NCBI GenBank assembly: GCA_964016885.1 | Contig: OZ024751.1 | Location: 15,066,001 to 15,130,000 of the forward strand | Length of the DNA: 64,000 nucleotides | DNA from: Eledone cirrhosa | Lineage: Eukaryota | Reading direction: 5' to 3' | Shown: positions 1 to 12,695 of the stretch, piece after piece | How positions within the stretch are numbered: position 1 is the stretch's first letter | Layout: every line of letters begins with the position of its first letter | Notes under the pieces: generated by a model | What the model was told of the DNA's origin: nothing | Databases searched by the model: none | The model's input: the letters and a program-made list of their open reading frames with translations, nothing else | Program-made: the position numbers and the translations under genes

Positions 1-110
1 GCCCAGACATTCTTCAGCAAGATGAAAGCTGCTTTTGCCTTGTCAATCTTGGCTGTGACATCTAGGTCGGTTCCCCCATGTCGATCAACCACACTTCCCA
101 GGTAGACAAA
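1..110 (-). mobile_element. RTE-clade LINE RT fragment, cut by the window edge
   Basis: Minus strand translates FVYLGSVVDRHGGTDLDVTAKIDKAKAAFILLKNVWA, the typical RTE post-YLG thumb region. Confidence 0.8.
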
Positions 111-479
111 TAACATATTACCTGTAGTACATCATAGAACTTAGGAATTCTCTTAAGAATGAAGTTTGATCATTTGTATTTGAGAATATACAGATGAAAT
201 CTTACAATTGTAGCTGTTGAATGTGATTTTATTGCTGAATTTAAAACAAACAACTTTGTGTCATAAAACCAGGATTGGTTTGGTATCAAGAGAGTTATTT
301 AATCACATTGCCAAATGTTTACAGCTTATGCAAATTAGATTCTACATCCTACTTAACATAGCTTTACTGTAGTAAGATTTCTCTTCAGACAGAATCATAG
401 TAATTTTCTGATGAGAAGACAATAATCTCAAAAATGCATACACATAATCACTTATTTTTCTGGGCATAGAGAAATAATT

Positions 480-722
480 GCAACAAATGCTTTTAATTAA
501 AAAACCCTAAGGCAGTGAATTGAGAACATTGTTTTGGCTCTCTGCTCTGAGGTCAACTTTGCCTTTCATCAATTCAAGGTCATTCAAGAGAGTACCTGTC
601 AATTCTTCCTATATATCTCTAGAAGAAATAGGTTCCACCAGGTTTAAAATGCCCAAGAAATGCCATATGTCAGTACGGTGCCCCTATGACTCCCTCAGGA
701 GTTACGGAACCATGCAAGCATA
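480..722 (+). mobile_element. Degenerate tRNA-derived SINE with long tail; relatives at ~28860-29180, ~40325-40640, ~55420-55670
   Basis: Shared GAGGTCAACTTTGCCTTTCATC core followed by an ACCAGGTTTAAAATGCCCAAGAAA...CCCCTATGACTCC.TCAGGAGTTACGG tail in four copies. Confidence 0.7.
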
Positions 723-842
723 TCTCTCTTACATCTTTTAATATTTTCATTTTTTTTTTTAAAATAACTTAATGTAAATTATTTTCAGTAATGAGTAATT
801 AATAAATGCGGTAATTGATTTCTGTTCTACTTTTCGTGACAG

Positions 843-1047
843 GTATCTAAGAAGACTGAGAGAGAACCGTGAGGAAGAGATGGAACTCATGAAGGATGTC
901 CCAAACTGGAAGGTTGGCACCTTGTATGGTGAACCTATTTATCACAACCTCCGCGATAGATACATGGAGCATTCCTTAAAAGAATATATGGCTCATATCT
1001 CACCGTATAATATGTATGACATAATGTTTGACAGGAGGAAACATTAG
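843..1047 (+). CDS. NDUFA13: NADH dehydrogenase 1 alpha subcomplex subunit 13 (GRIM-19), last coding exon
   Basis: Pyrimidine tract and AG at 841-842. Translates YLRRLRENREEEMELMKDVPNWKVGTLYGEPIYHNLRDRYMEHSLKEYMAH...RRKH*, matching the NDUFA13 C-terminal RENxEEE..MKDVPxWKVG motif. AATAAA at 1081. Confidence 0.93.
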
Positions 1048-1544
1048 TAGAGTTGGCAGCTTTGTTCTCTAAATAATTTAAATAAAACAAATAAATATAA
1101 ACATTATCTACTCTGTGTATTGATTTCTGTCAGTTACTTTTTATAAAACACACATACATACTTACATTGAGAGAAATACTGAACATTAAACGAATCAGAT
1201 GTTGCGTGCTGGTACAGACATGTAATACATATGGATGATGATTGTTGAGTGTAGAAGTCCCAGGGGTTCCAAGTATATGGTAGTGAGGAATAGGAAAATC
1301 AAGAAAGACGTGCCGAAGTGATGAAAGCTAATCCCAAGAAATTTACCCCTCACAAAGGAAAGAGACGAGCTTAGGGAAATAAACTTAAAAACTATGTTGA
1401 TAGTCAAACTGAACATCAATCATGTCAATCTTACCAGTCTCGTTATGTCGGCCTTCAAATGCCACAAGGACTTTTCTCTATAGATAAGATATAAAAATTG
1501 ACAAATGCATTTTTGTACTTATTAATATTTTACATCCATTTTTC

Positions 1545-2370
1545 CTGAGTGACAAAATCAGCAGTGGAGGAGGGTGCTCTGTAAGTGTAGTAGCCAGGTT
1601 AAAATGGGATGGAAAAAGTTCAGAGAGCTAATACCGCGTTTGGCCACAAGGGGTTTTTCTCTAAAAGTGAAAGGCAGATTGTATGATGCTTGTATTCGAA
1701 CGGCGATATTACATGGTAGTGAGACCTGGGTAGATTAGAAAGAAATGAAGCTTGCATGCTCCAATGGATGTGTGCGAACAGCAAAGCATAAACGAATTGA
1801 GAGAGAGACTAAGCATAAGAAGTATCAAATGTGTTCTGGAGAAGAGATTGCGTTGGTATGGTCATGTGATGCATATGAAAGACAACAGCTGTATAAAAAA
1901 GTGCAGAGCAATCAAAATTGATGGAAGCTACAGAGTGGGTATACCAAGAAAAAATTGGGACGAGATGATAAAAACTGACCTTGCTCACTTACACCGCTAT
2001 AAGATAATGTCACTGGAACGAGATCTTTGACACCATGCAGTTGTACAGAAGACTCGCCTTCCCTTGCATACAAACCTATAGTCAGTAGGCACTTCTTAAC
2101 CCAATATACACCCCATCCTCCTATTTCCATCCACTGCGTTGGTGACAACAAAAAGCACCCAGTCCACATTGTAAAGTGGTCGTATAGGAAACACAGTAAA
2201 AAGGCTCCCAGTCAACACCGTAAAAGTGGTTGGTGTTAGGAAAGGCATCCAGCCACGGAAAACCTTCCAGAGAGACTTCCGTATGAGCGAGATATGGCCT
2301 CCCAACCAATCCTGCATCAAATGGAACAAAACTCATGGAAGATGGACGTTAAACAATGATGATGATGATT
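1545..2370 (+). mobile_element. 5'-truncated RTE LINE: ORF C-terminus, 3'UTR and (GAT)n tail
   Basis: Remnants GWKKFRELIPRLATRGFSLKVKGRLYDAC...HGSETW and RLRWYGHVMHMKDNSCIKKC; 3'UTR GTGGTTGGTGTTAGGAAAGGCATCCAGCC; ends GGACGTTAAACAATGATGATGATG. Confidence 0.9.
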
Positions 2371-3211
2371 TTCATACTGGCATGGGTTGGATGGGCTACC
2401 ATGAATTGAATCAGTTCTTGTTCGGAATTACTGCCTTCCTAGATGGGTCAAAGGACCATGTCTTAATTGTACATTCCAACTTTTGGCATGGTTGAATGCC
2501 CTTCCTAACACCAATCATTTAACAGAATGTACTGCATATATTTTATTGTGACACCAGTACGACAATGGTTTTCAGGACCGTGACAAGACATTCTCCATCC
2601 AATTGCCAACCACTTTACAGAGTGTACTAGGTGCATTTCGCCAACATTAGATAATAAATTCTATGTCTTATCAAGACATTCCAGCCATAGCCATCTCTTC
2701 TTTTTAAATATCATGAACTACATAGTCCAATTTGCCCTTCTGTAGGACTTTGGAACGCATCTTCAAACTGCAGACCTGGTCCAAATGATTGCAACAAAAT
2801 GGATCCTACATAAGACACCCAAAAGTCAGGCAGTGATGTTAAGCTGGGCAACAGATTATGTCTACCCCCCAAGTAGTACACAATGGGATTTGAACTCAGA
2901 ATGCAGAGAACTAACAAATACTGCAAGACATCCTGTCTAAGGTTTTAGTAATTTCACCAGCCCATCACATGAGCCAGAATAAACACCACAAGGCACTTAA
3001 TCTTGCTGTGGTAGAAATGTTGGACTAAATATGTTTACTCTAATGCATTAGTACCAAAAGATACGCCCTGACCTGGAACCCACTGAAGAAAAGGAAAAGA
3101 AGGCCTAGGGACAGTTGAAGTGACTAGCCCAGGATTATTGGGGCTGGAAAAATCTTGGCATATACTTCAGAGGGAGCTCAAGGCAAAACTAATATATATA
3201 TATATATAATA

Positions 3212-3490
3212 GTGAAAGAGCATGGCTTAGTGGTAAGGGTGTTTAACTTGCAATCATAATGTGAGTTCAATTCTTGAACTGCATGATGCATTGTGTTCTT
3301 GAGCAAAACACTTCATTTTATGTTTCTCCAGTTCACTCATCTGAAAATGATTACCAACAGAAGCTGGGAATTAAACTGGTAATGGACTGATGTCCTGTCC
3401 TAGAGGCAGTCTTATATTCTCAGTCACTAAACTCCAATGAAACTGGGATAAGCTCTGGCCTAATGAGCCTCAAGGCAGCAGGGACTGGCT
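3212..3490 (+). mobile_element. tRNA-derived SINE
   Basis: Pol III A/B-box-like head GCATGGCTTAGTGGT...GAGTTCAATTC followed by the TGTTCTTGAGCAAAACACTT core shared with other SINEs in the window. Confidence 0.7.
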
Positions 3491-3500
3491 GGATTGAAAT

Positions 3501-3730
3501 ATATGTTTAGGTGAGTGATGGAGGGATTAACAGATGAGCCTCTGGGCTTAAAGACAGATTAGATCACAACATATGTTTAGGTGAGTGATGGAGGGATTAA
3601 CAGATGAGCCTCTGGGCTTAAAGACAGATTAGATCACAACATATGTTTAGGTGAATGATGGAGGGATTAACAGATGAGCCTCTGGGCTTAAAGACAGATT
3701 AGATCACAGTATATGTTTGGGTGGGTGAGG
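3501..3730. repeat. 70-bp tandem repeat, ~3.3 copies
   Basis: ATATGTTT(A/G)GGTG...TTAGATCACA units start at 3501, 3571, 3641 and 3711. Confidence 0.95.
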
Positions 3731-3944
3731 GGCTAATTTCCTTAATGGTTTGTCAAAATGACCACAGAGTAGTATATAAGATATAGTTTATAAGTTTCTA
3801 CACATCAACCAGAGAGTATGTGAAAGGTATAGTATGTATATACATACATATATATATACATAGAACTGGTACTTACATACATACATGGAATAATTGCACT
3901 TACATATATACATATAACATAATGGAAGAACTGAAAGAATGGCA

Positions 3945-4212
3945 AATTCTTCACTTGCGGAGATCAGTGGGAACAATTGTTGTCCTGTTCTCTGTGGTGG
4001 CACGTCCTGAGGTGGGTGTAGAGGCTTATCCTGGACCTGCAGGCAAGTATGTGCTTGGTCAGTTGGTAGTTGGGTGGCGGACAGCTTTCTTCTTTGATGT
4101 TTGTTTTAAGCTGCTGCTTTCCTGCCCTCTTCAAAGCTGACTGCAGCTCTTTGTCTTCTGCCAGGTGTTTTTATTCCCTGTGATCAATATTGCCTTGGAC
4201 CTGAAGGAATCT
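3945..4212 (-). mobile_element. Degenerate 3' end of an RTE (BovB/Expander-like) LINE
   Basis: Minus strand encodes ...CRSRISLYTHLRTC, resembling the C-terminal C2H2-like motif of these LINEs. Confidence 0.5.
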
Positions 4213-4214
4213 GG

Positions 4215-6420
4215 GTCCTGTCTTCTCTCCTACTCCCGAGCACTTTAGTTTTGGCTAAGTTTACTCTCAGGCCTTTTGATTCCAAATTCAGTTTCCATAA
4301 TCAGAATTTATTTTCTAACTCATTTTTGGTTTCAGCAATAAGGACCAAATCATCTGCATAGAGAAGCTCCCATGGGCAGCCCATTTTAAACTCCTCTGTT
4401 ATGGTCAGAAGAACTATGATGAGCACCAGTGGGCTAAGAACTGATCCTTGATGAACTCCTACCTGTACCTTGAATTCCTCACTAAACTCATTTCCTATTC
4501 TCAGACAGCTTCTCTGTACATAGCATGCACTGCTCTCACAAGCTATTCTTCTACACCTAATTTCCTTAAGGACCACCAGATAATAGATTGGGCTGCTCTA
4601 TCAAAAGCCTTTTCTAGATCAACAAAAGCTAAATATAGTGGTTTATTTTTGGCTAGGAACTTTTCTTGTAGTTGCCTAAGAAGAAGGTATCTGTAGTACT
4701 TTTCCCAGGCATGAAACCAAACTGCATCTCATCTATTTTGACTCTTTACCCTAATTAGCTGCACTATAACTCTTTCAGTCACTTTCATAACTTGGTCCAT
4801 TAGTTGTATGCCTTTATAGTTGCAGTTGCTCCTTTCTAGAGCATCACCTTTGCCCTTGTAACAATTTATGATTGTATTGCTTTGCCAGACATTGGGTATG
4901 ACTCCATCATATATTACTTGATTTACTATACAGGTTACTATTTTGATTCCTACCTCTCATGATGCTTTCAGCATCTTTGCAACTATTTCTGATAGTCCTG
5001 CAGCTTTACTATTTTTCATCTCCTTGATTGCGTCTTTCATCCTAAAACTATTAACTTCAATAGCTGGTCCTTCCTTTAGGTAAGTTGGGGGGTAGTTTCT
5101 CTTCCTCCTGTTCATTTTCTACATTCATTAATCTATCATAGTAACAGTTCTGGGCCTCTTTCTTTTGGGCATCAGTGGTGCTAATTGCACCAGCATCATT
5201 TCTAACACCTCGATTCACACTAACACACTGCCTTGCAATATGGAACACTTCACGCCTCTGATCCTCACGTCTTAAGACATTGGAAATTTACATTCTTCAG
5301 CCTCTCTCCAAACTGTGTATATCTGTCGCATAGCTTCTATCTTAGCTACTTGGCACAACCATTTCCCCCTCCCCCCATTTTTCCAGGCTTTCCATGCCTG
5401 TCTCTTGGCTTTAATGGCTCTATCCACTGTGCTGTTCGACCACCAAGTCACCCTCAGTTTGGCTGGTGCTTTACTCCAACCGCAAGTCTCACAAGTAGTT
5501 TGCAAAAGGTTGTTGCGAAAGAATTCCCAGTTGTCCTCAATGTTGTATCTAGCTCATCATCCCTCTCATCAAGTACATCCTGTCGAGCGTTTCTAAATCT
5601 ACATTTGACTGAGTGATCCTTTAGCTTCCATACCCTCTGTCTCCATATTTTCCTGCATGTCTTGTTCTGTCTTTTGTTTATTTTGATGTCACTAATAACT
5701 AACTTGTGGTGGGCAGTGCATTCTTCCCCAGGGAAGGCCTTAGTATTTATTACAGTCTGTTTGTCTTGTTGTCTAACAAGTAAGTAATTTGGCTTGCATG
5801 TTCTCCAGATTGATATGAAATCAGGAGATTGGTTTCCTGCAATTTGTGTTGCCAATGGTTAGTTTATTTGCATCATAGAAGATTTCCAGCCCCTCTTCAT
5901 TCCTTGAGTAATAACCATAACCTCCACGAACTCTGCTGAATCCATCCTGGTACTGTTCCACATATCCATTAAAGTTGCCTGCCAGGATGATGAAGTCTCT
6001 TTTGGCAATTCTTGAAGTTGTCTGTATAAGTTCCTCATAGAACATATCCTTTTGTTGTTTACCCAGTCCTGCCTGTGGAGCATATGTAGATGTAATTGTC
6101 AGCAATCAATTTGCTACAGTTAATCTAAGCTTGATGATTATGTCACTTACTCTACCTTAACCACCTAATCTAGCCATTTCTCAGCCAGTAGAATGCTACA
6201 CCTCCTGCCCCATTGTCATTTCCTACCCAGTAGAGTTTATATCTAGGTTGTTTGCTCGTAATTAGTCTCAGTAAGGCACCCCTCCATCTCACCTCTTGTA
6301 CACAGCATACATCTACTCCTCTTCTCTCTAATAGTTCCACAATTTCACCTTATCTGCTTTTCAGGGTACCAACATTGAGGATGGCAGTGCTGAGATGTGT
6401 ACCTTGTTGTTGTTACTTCT
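4215..6420 (-). mobile_element. Decayed RTE LINE: APE endonuclease and RT, frameshifted
   Basis: Pieces TYAPQAG, ILAGNFNGYV, GEECTAHHKLVISD, LAFVDLEKAF, GVHQGSVLSP and ELLYADDLVL occur in order on the minus strand with stops and frameshifts. Confidence 0.92.
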
Positions 6421-7199
6421 TCGGTTAGAGGTTCTATGTATATATGGGACAGGGAACAAGTTACTCACTGTTGTTGAGGTCAGCTGCATGTGGCACAGGC
6501 CTCAAAGAAGTGCATTACCAAACCTTAAATGATCAGTTTCATACAAATTTGTATAATCAAATTAAATAAAATATATAATTTCCTGCAATCAGTAACTGAA
6601 TCACTAAACATCTTTGCCACATAGCAGTGTTATGGAAATATCTAATACCGATGGAGAGGGTCGTGTGGTGTTTATGACAAGGGTGACTGTGGACTGTGTA
6701 GTAGAAAGTGCAAACTTAGTAATTTTCTTTGTGGGGTCACAGTAAGAAGTGACAAAAACAAGGTTTGTCAGCTTAGCAAACTGTTAAGTTGAAATTATCT
6801 TATTCGGAAGAATGGGGTATACATGTCAGACTAGCTTAGAGTGCTAAATACCCAGGTGCTAGCCTAGAGTGCTAAATAACCAGGTGCTAGCCATTCCAAT
6901 GAGATATTGGTCAAACAGCCTAAAATTAAAACAGTTCAAATGTTGCTGGGGTTGGCTTTACCTTGCGTCCCCGATGGAACAGAGAGGGGGGACACATGGC
7001 TTCCCCAATAATTATATTTTTCTCCCCAAAATACCAAAACACACATCTATTTGTATATGCGCTACAATTAATGTACGTGTTATGTTTATCGCAATTGACC
7101 AAATTTGCCTGCTCCCCCAATTCAGAAATGCTTGCACCGCCCATGTATATGAAGGCATACCCGATAGTGTCTTGCATTCTCACACATGATTACGGCTTA

Positions 7200-7394
7200 A
7201 ATCCTTCATAGCGAGACATATATGTTTATTAGGTGGTCTGTGAAGACCCGCCCGACCCTTGCTAGCAGCGAAAATAGAAAACATATCGTAAAATATCTTC
7301 ATATATACCTCTATGATTAAGAGCTAGCGGGGATTAATTTGACATTGGGACATAATCATTCTGTTACACCGTGTATCTCGAAAGTAAAACTTTA
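7200..7394 (+). promoter_or_regulatory. Putative promoter/5'UTR of the FAM172A-like gene
   Basis: Non-repetitive, locally CpG-enriched, with a GC-box-like CCCGCCC at ~7247, directly upstream of the candidate first coding exon. Confidence 0.35.
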
Positions 7395-7442
7395 ATGTTT
7401 TATGACGCAAAAGATATTTTACTCTTCATTTATATTCTAACG
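7395..7442 (+). CDS. FAM172A: FAM172A/ARB2A-like, candidate exon 1 (hydrophobic leader)
   Basis: ATG...MFYDAKDILLFIYILT then a consensus GTAAGT donor at 7443, phase 0, in frame with the next exon. Confidence 0.55.
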
Positions 7443-7929
7443 GTAAGTTAAATTATCTGGATAGATTTATCTTTAAATGGTTATATTTTCTCCAAAACTA
7501 TAAAAAGAAAATTGAATATTAATTTAGAAGTTGTAAAGTTATCTCCGCCACAATCTTACTTATGTATCGACTTGTTGGGAAATCATTTTAATTTTCAATC
7601 AAAGTATTAATCGAATCTTTTTAATGTACACTCGATATATTGTTTTAATCGATCACTGAATTAAGGCGATATACAAGAAATTATGTGTTCGAATCCCAGT
7701 CGAAACTTGCTTATTTGTTGCTGTTTATATCATTTCGCCAACGTCTATGTTTATATTTCCTGCAGATTTAACCAACTTGACACCGTTTTACTAAGTAAAA
7801 AACAGTTACAGACTGTCTCTCATTTACTAATTTACACGTTAATTATTATATGAATGTCCCAATAAATACTCACATTTTCCTCTTCCGTATTATCCCCCCC
7901 CCCCTTTTTTTTTCTTAGTACTATATCGA

Positions 7930-8175
7930 CAGTCGATCGACAAGATCCCAGACCTCATTCGCTTAACGAGTAGAGTGGAGCTCGTCAAATCGGACCGAGG
8001 AAACAATGTTTCCATTGGTTTTTTCCAATTGCTAATACCATCTGTCGGTCACATATCCAGGCAGAAGGAGCAATGTGAATAAAGAGTCTTGCTCAAGGAC
8101 ATAATGCACTGCCCGGTCCGGGAATCGAAATCACAACCTCACGATTGCGAATCCAATTCTCTAACCACTCAGCCT
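7930..8175 (-). mobile_element. tRNA-derived SINE, tail type B; relatives at 13525-13728 (+), 23726-23930 (+), 48088-48302 (-)
   Basis: tRNA-like head, GTCCTTGAGCAAGAC core and a shared GGAAACATTGTTTCCTC.GTCCGATTTGACGA tail. Confidence 0.8.
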
Positions 8176-9117
8176 GTATATGTGTGTGTATGCAGTCTTA
8201 CGCTAATTGAATAAGACGAATAGGTGTGTGTACACATATTATATAAGGTTATTCAGTTACTTTATAGTAAAACCGCGCCGTGTCAAACACACACACGCGC
8301 GCACACACATATATATATAGAATACTATTAGCTTCTCGCTAAAACAATTTCTATACCTTTCATTTATATATATATATATACACACATACTTTAACTGCCC
8401 ACCATAAATAAATGTGAACCGTTAGAGACCTTCCTAAGCCCTACAGGTTCATTCTGTCATTGCCACAGCAGAGGTCCGACGAGCTTTTGATTCCAGAGTC
8501 AAGCTAGATCGATACAGATTGAACCTTGAGCTGATCAATAGCGAAACGCGTGTCACTACTCAATAAACGTAATGAAGACATACCAAATCGTCCTTTATAT
8601 ATATATATATCCGTATGTAATTCACAGGATGACTCTGTGAGTGCGCAGGTGAAACTCCAAGGTAATAAAACTCACTATTTAGCCATAATAAATAATTACA
8701 CGTATATATAATCTTTTTATCTTTTATCTAACCCATCCCAAGCACATGACAGGAAAGGTGTCGAGAAATATACACATACAATCAACAACATATATTTACA
8801 CACACGCACATACAAATAACTGTATACTTCATCTAATAAATTTACAATCTGGTGCTGACGATAAACTATCAATGGATAGTATTGCAAGCTATGCTGTTTA
8901 CAAATAAATTTGTTTACTGTTCAATAGATGATATATTTTATTATATCGAAATAAACGATATGCACGAAGTTACACAATATCAAAGTTCACATTTTTCTCC
9001 AAACAAATCTGCTGACAATATAGATAGCTTGAAATTACAAACACAAATAACCGCCGGGGCTGTGGAGGGGCCCCATCGCTTAACATTCCATATTTAAGTA
9101 TGTGCACTATTATATAT

Positions 9118-9310
9118 AATTGTTTCAACTTTAGGCACAAGGCCAGCAATTATCCCAGTGCATTACTGGTACTTTATTTTATCGACCCCGTAAGGATGAA
9201 AGGCAAAGTTAACCTAGGCGGGATTTGAACTCAGAATGGCAAGGGCCGTAACTCTATGCATCAAAGCATGGCGTCCAACTCTCTACCGATACTGCCAATC
9301 CACCGCCCTT
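9118..9310 (-). mobile_element. High-copy ~190-bp tRNA-derived SINE; other copies at ~17428, 19207, 30825, 32305, 34484, 36278, 39318, 46735, 48632, 56321
   Basis: Near-identical GGCACAAGGCCAGCAATT...CTGGTACTTTATTTTATCGACCCCGTAAGGATGAAAGGCAAAGTTAACC...GGATTTGAACTCAG; GAGTTCAAATCC B-box on the minus strand. Confidence 0.9.
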
Positions 9311-9597
9311 TTATATATTATATATAATGATCACCATCCCTATTTCAGTGGTTCTTTAATACCACAGCTGTCAAAAATCAACACATATATATATTATTTA
9401 ATTACATATATATTTCACATGAAAATATAGAATCAAAACGAAAGAAAATATGCCAACATTAAGTATATATCTTAAGTATGGTCATTTGGTACCCGGTAGG
9501 TGTAATTAGACTCATACCAAGGTAGAGATGATCCTCTTCTGAGTATCGAACATCACTTGGTATCGATGCCTCCCAGATAGGCATCAATACGAGAAGC

Positions 9598-9965
9598 GAT
9601 AGTTAAACTTGAGCGGGTAGTTGGTCCACACCTTCTCTTTAAACCTTGACTTTAAAATGTTGACTGAGGGTGCGTCAACTGGTTCTTGAGGTGTATCAAT
9701 CGGTCACATTCAGCGAAAGTTTTTGAGGCAAGTCAAACACACTGGCTGCGTTACCGCTGGTGATAGCGTGACTAAGGCGCTGGAACCACCAAGCATCCCC
9801 CATGGCCATCACCTGATACCGCGGTAAGGCGAGCCGCCAACGATGACAAGAACTTCATTGTCGGCGGCCCAGCTCCTCCACAAATAACTATATAGAAACC
9901 GAGAACCGAGAACTTGTTAGAAAGAACAGGCATTAATTTATGATCCATTATACATCCATTCATGC
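9598..9965 (-). mobile_element. CRE-clade non-LTR C-terminal fragment joined to a CR1-like 3' end
   Basis: Minus strand GPPTMKFLSSLAARLTAVSGD / WWFQRLSHAITSGNAASVF (CRE-type C-terminus), then VDAPSVNILKSRFKEKVWTNYPLKFNY (CR1-like C-terminus). Confidence 0.65.
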
Positions 9966-11562
9966 TGCTGAAAAGGGTATGAACGACACAGTTTCACTAA
10001 ACCTTCTTCTCTGTGAACAGAAACTACTGCTAGTAGTGGTGGTAATGTTTAGAGGAGTATCTCTTCTGCAATAATCACGTCACTTCACTTTCTATTAGGT
10101 TCTACACTTTTCTTCCTTGCCTACTTATTCCAGTAATGCACTGAGGTCATCATTAATTATAATATATAATAATAACAACATAATTTTCTTATAATATATA
10201 ATAATATAATTTTCTTTTTGGTAGGGGGTGACAAGACTTTCGGACCACCCTGTACTTGTGCCATGTGGTATCGGTGGAACGATAGAAAATGATAGTAAAT
10301 TTAAGTGAAATATGTAATTTTGTTGTTAAGACTAACTAAAAGGGGGTCTGTAAACTATTCTTTTTCACTAACGAACTGATATAAAAATATAAAATAAATT
10401 GAGGAAGCATTTTTTTTACTGGATTCATCATTTGAAGGGCTGTGTTGACTAAAAGAGCAACAAATGGTGACTGACTCGTTATCAAAATGGGAGGAAACAT
10501 TAAAATTAGGTTTTGACAGAAAATTTCAAAAAAATAAGGGCAATAAAATAAAATATCTTTAATTAAATACAATGCTGTAGTCTCTGCATGGTCACCACTT
10601 GCTAGAAATAGCAGTCCTCTGGTTTTATTAATGTTAATGAAGTTTGTATCTTTAAAAGAGAACTTACAGCAAAATAACCCCAACCAAATGATTTAAAGTA
10701 ACACGTATTCAATAATAACAATATAAGGGACTTACCTTTATCACAAAAATATTTTTCCAGGGTAAAATACAATGAGAGGTTTTCCAGTGTTCCTCGCGAT
10801 ATCGTTGCCTTTTGTTGTATATGGTCCAAGATGTGTGTATTACCTGCTTGTGTGTGTGTGTTTTTCTTTGTAATATTGATACAATTGTGAAATAAAATAC
10901 TTGAGAGTCATGACCCAGGCTGTCACAATGTTTAGGGACCAACATTGCGAAAGTAATGTGTGCGTGTAAACAAAATCCAAGCAAATTTAATTTAAAGAAT
11001 TCAGTGTATATATGTGTGTGATTGTATATATATATATACATGTGTGTATATAATATATATATACATGTGTGTGTATATAATATATATTGACCACATAGTG
11101 AAATAATGTATATACTGTTTCTATGTCTACATGGGTGTATAACCTAACAAGTGATACACCGTTAACATGCTAGATACAGCAGCCAAATGTATATTAAATA
11201 TAATATAATGTATTCTCGAGTATTACCAGTTATATGGAGGGTCACTTTAGAAGTATATTTTTGCCACTGTAACTATCAGATAGTATGCTGTCCTGACATT
11301 CACCTGCTGAGGCTCTAAGCTATATGACATTTTAGGCCCTTCTCTAAAGAATGTTCGTGTACAACAAATTATGAATAATCATACATGACTACTATTTTTT
11401 TTTATTAATGCTAATAATAAAGAATAACATATATAATTTTTGATGATATCGTGTTAAAGAATAAAAATTAATAAAATAAAAATATATTATTGAAAATGGG
11501 GCCCACGAGGGTGTGTGACCTCAAGCTACAGTTTATTTAGCTCTGATAGTAAGACATATACA

Positions 11563-11760
11563 CGAGGGCCAAGTAAAAAGTTCATAGGCTGACTATGAAG
11601 GAGTGATGCTAGAGCTGTGAAAGCTTGCATGCATTAATTTCAACTCATTTTATTTGTAACTGCATTGTTTCTTTCCAGAGACTATGTTGAAAAATAAACC
11701 GCATTTGGTCATTCCATGGGAGTATCTTGGTCAGCCTATCAACTTTTAGGCCGAGCCTCG
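11563..11760. mobile_element. Mariner-type MITE
   Basis: Imperfect ~30-bp TIRs CGAGGG..AAAAGTTCATAGGCTGAC / GTCAGCCTATCAACTTTT..CCTCG followed by TA. Confidence 0.75.
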
Positions 11761-12133
11761 TATATACAATAATATTACTTTAACTTTTTTCCAAACTTCA
11801 TGGTACTTTTAAAATATAATGTTAATTGAAAAGGAAAAAAGACGTAAATTTTAATAAATGAATAAAATATCTACGGACGGTGTTAGTCTTTGTTCAACAA
11901 CGTTGTTTTATTCAACAAGTGTTTCAAACTAAACTTGCTAATGTCGTCTGCTTTTTCAGTCACGTGATACTCTCACTTGTTTGTCTCCCCTCTTCCTCCC
12001 CCCTCTCTATATTATTATTCTTCTCTCTTATTCCTCCTCTCTATATATATTATTTTTCTCTCTCACTACCCCCTCCATATATAATTCTTTCTTACCCCTT
12101 CTCTCTCTCTCTATATATATATACACACACACA

Positions 12134-12681
12134 CAGGGGTTGGACAAAATAATGGAAACACCTAGCATCATAATTTTGAAATATCTATAAAACCGTCAAA
12201 AGCTTGTTTATTTTTATTGTTCTCGATGTGGTCAATAAGCTCTGCAGTAATTTTGGGAGAGGTACTTTTGTGATCCTTTCTAATAATTCGCGTAAGAGTC
12301 CGACGGTCCCTATCTGAACATTTTGGTTTTCTTCCGGAGTTTTGTTTCGACGAGGAGGTTTTTCCCTCTTTCTCAAAGCCTGTCATTACTTTCGAGACAG
12401 TACTTCTTGATACCAAATATTTCGGCTGTTTTCGTTACGCTAGCGCCTGCCATACGAGCACCAACAATTTGACCTCTTTGAAAGTCCGATAGATCTGTCA
12501 TTTTAATGAATTTTAATTACCTTTTTCTGATGATATCTGAAAAGAAGCAGCAATTTTAACAAAACATATTAAGCAACACTAATAATAAATCAAAAAACAT
12601 AAAAATAAACAATTCTTGACGGTTTTATAGATATTTCAAAATTATGATGCTAGGTGTTTCCATTATTTTGTCCAACCCCTG
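12134..12681 (-). mobile_element. Internally deleted Tc1-like transposon retaining the paired/HTH N-terminus
   Basis: ~85-bp TIRs starting CAGGGGTTGGACAAAATAATGGAAACACC. Minus-strand ATG at 12501: MTDLSDFQRGQIVGARMAGASVTKTAEIFG, frameshift, VSRSTVSKVM...SGRKPKCSDRDRR. Confidence 0.92.
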
Positions 12682-12695
12682 TATATAGTGAAGGC

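Noticed and set aside
405-450. CTGATGAG...CTC as a hammerhead
   Set aside because: GAAA is replaced by AAAA and there is no convincing stem III or NUH triplet.
6869-7211. Overlapping 82-106-aa ORFs upstream of FAM172A
   Set aside because: No recognisable homology, and no splice signals linking them to any gene.
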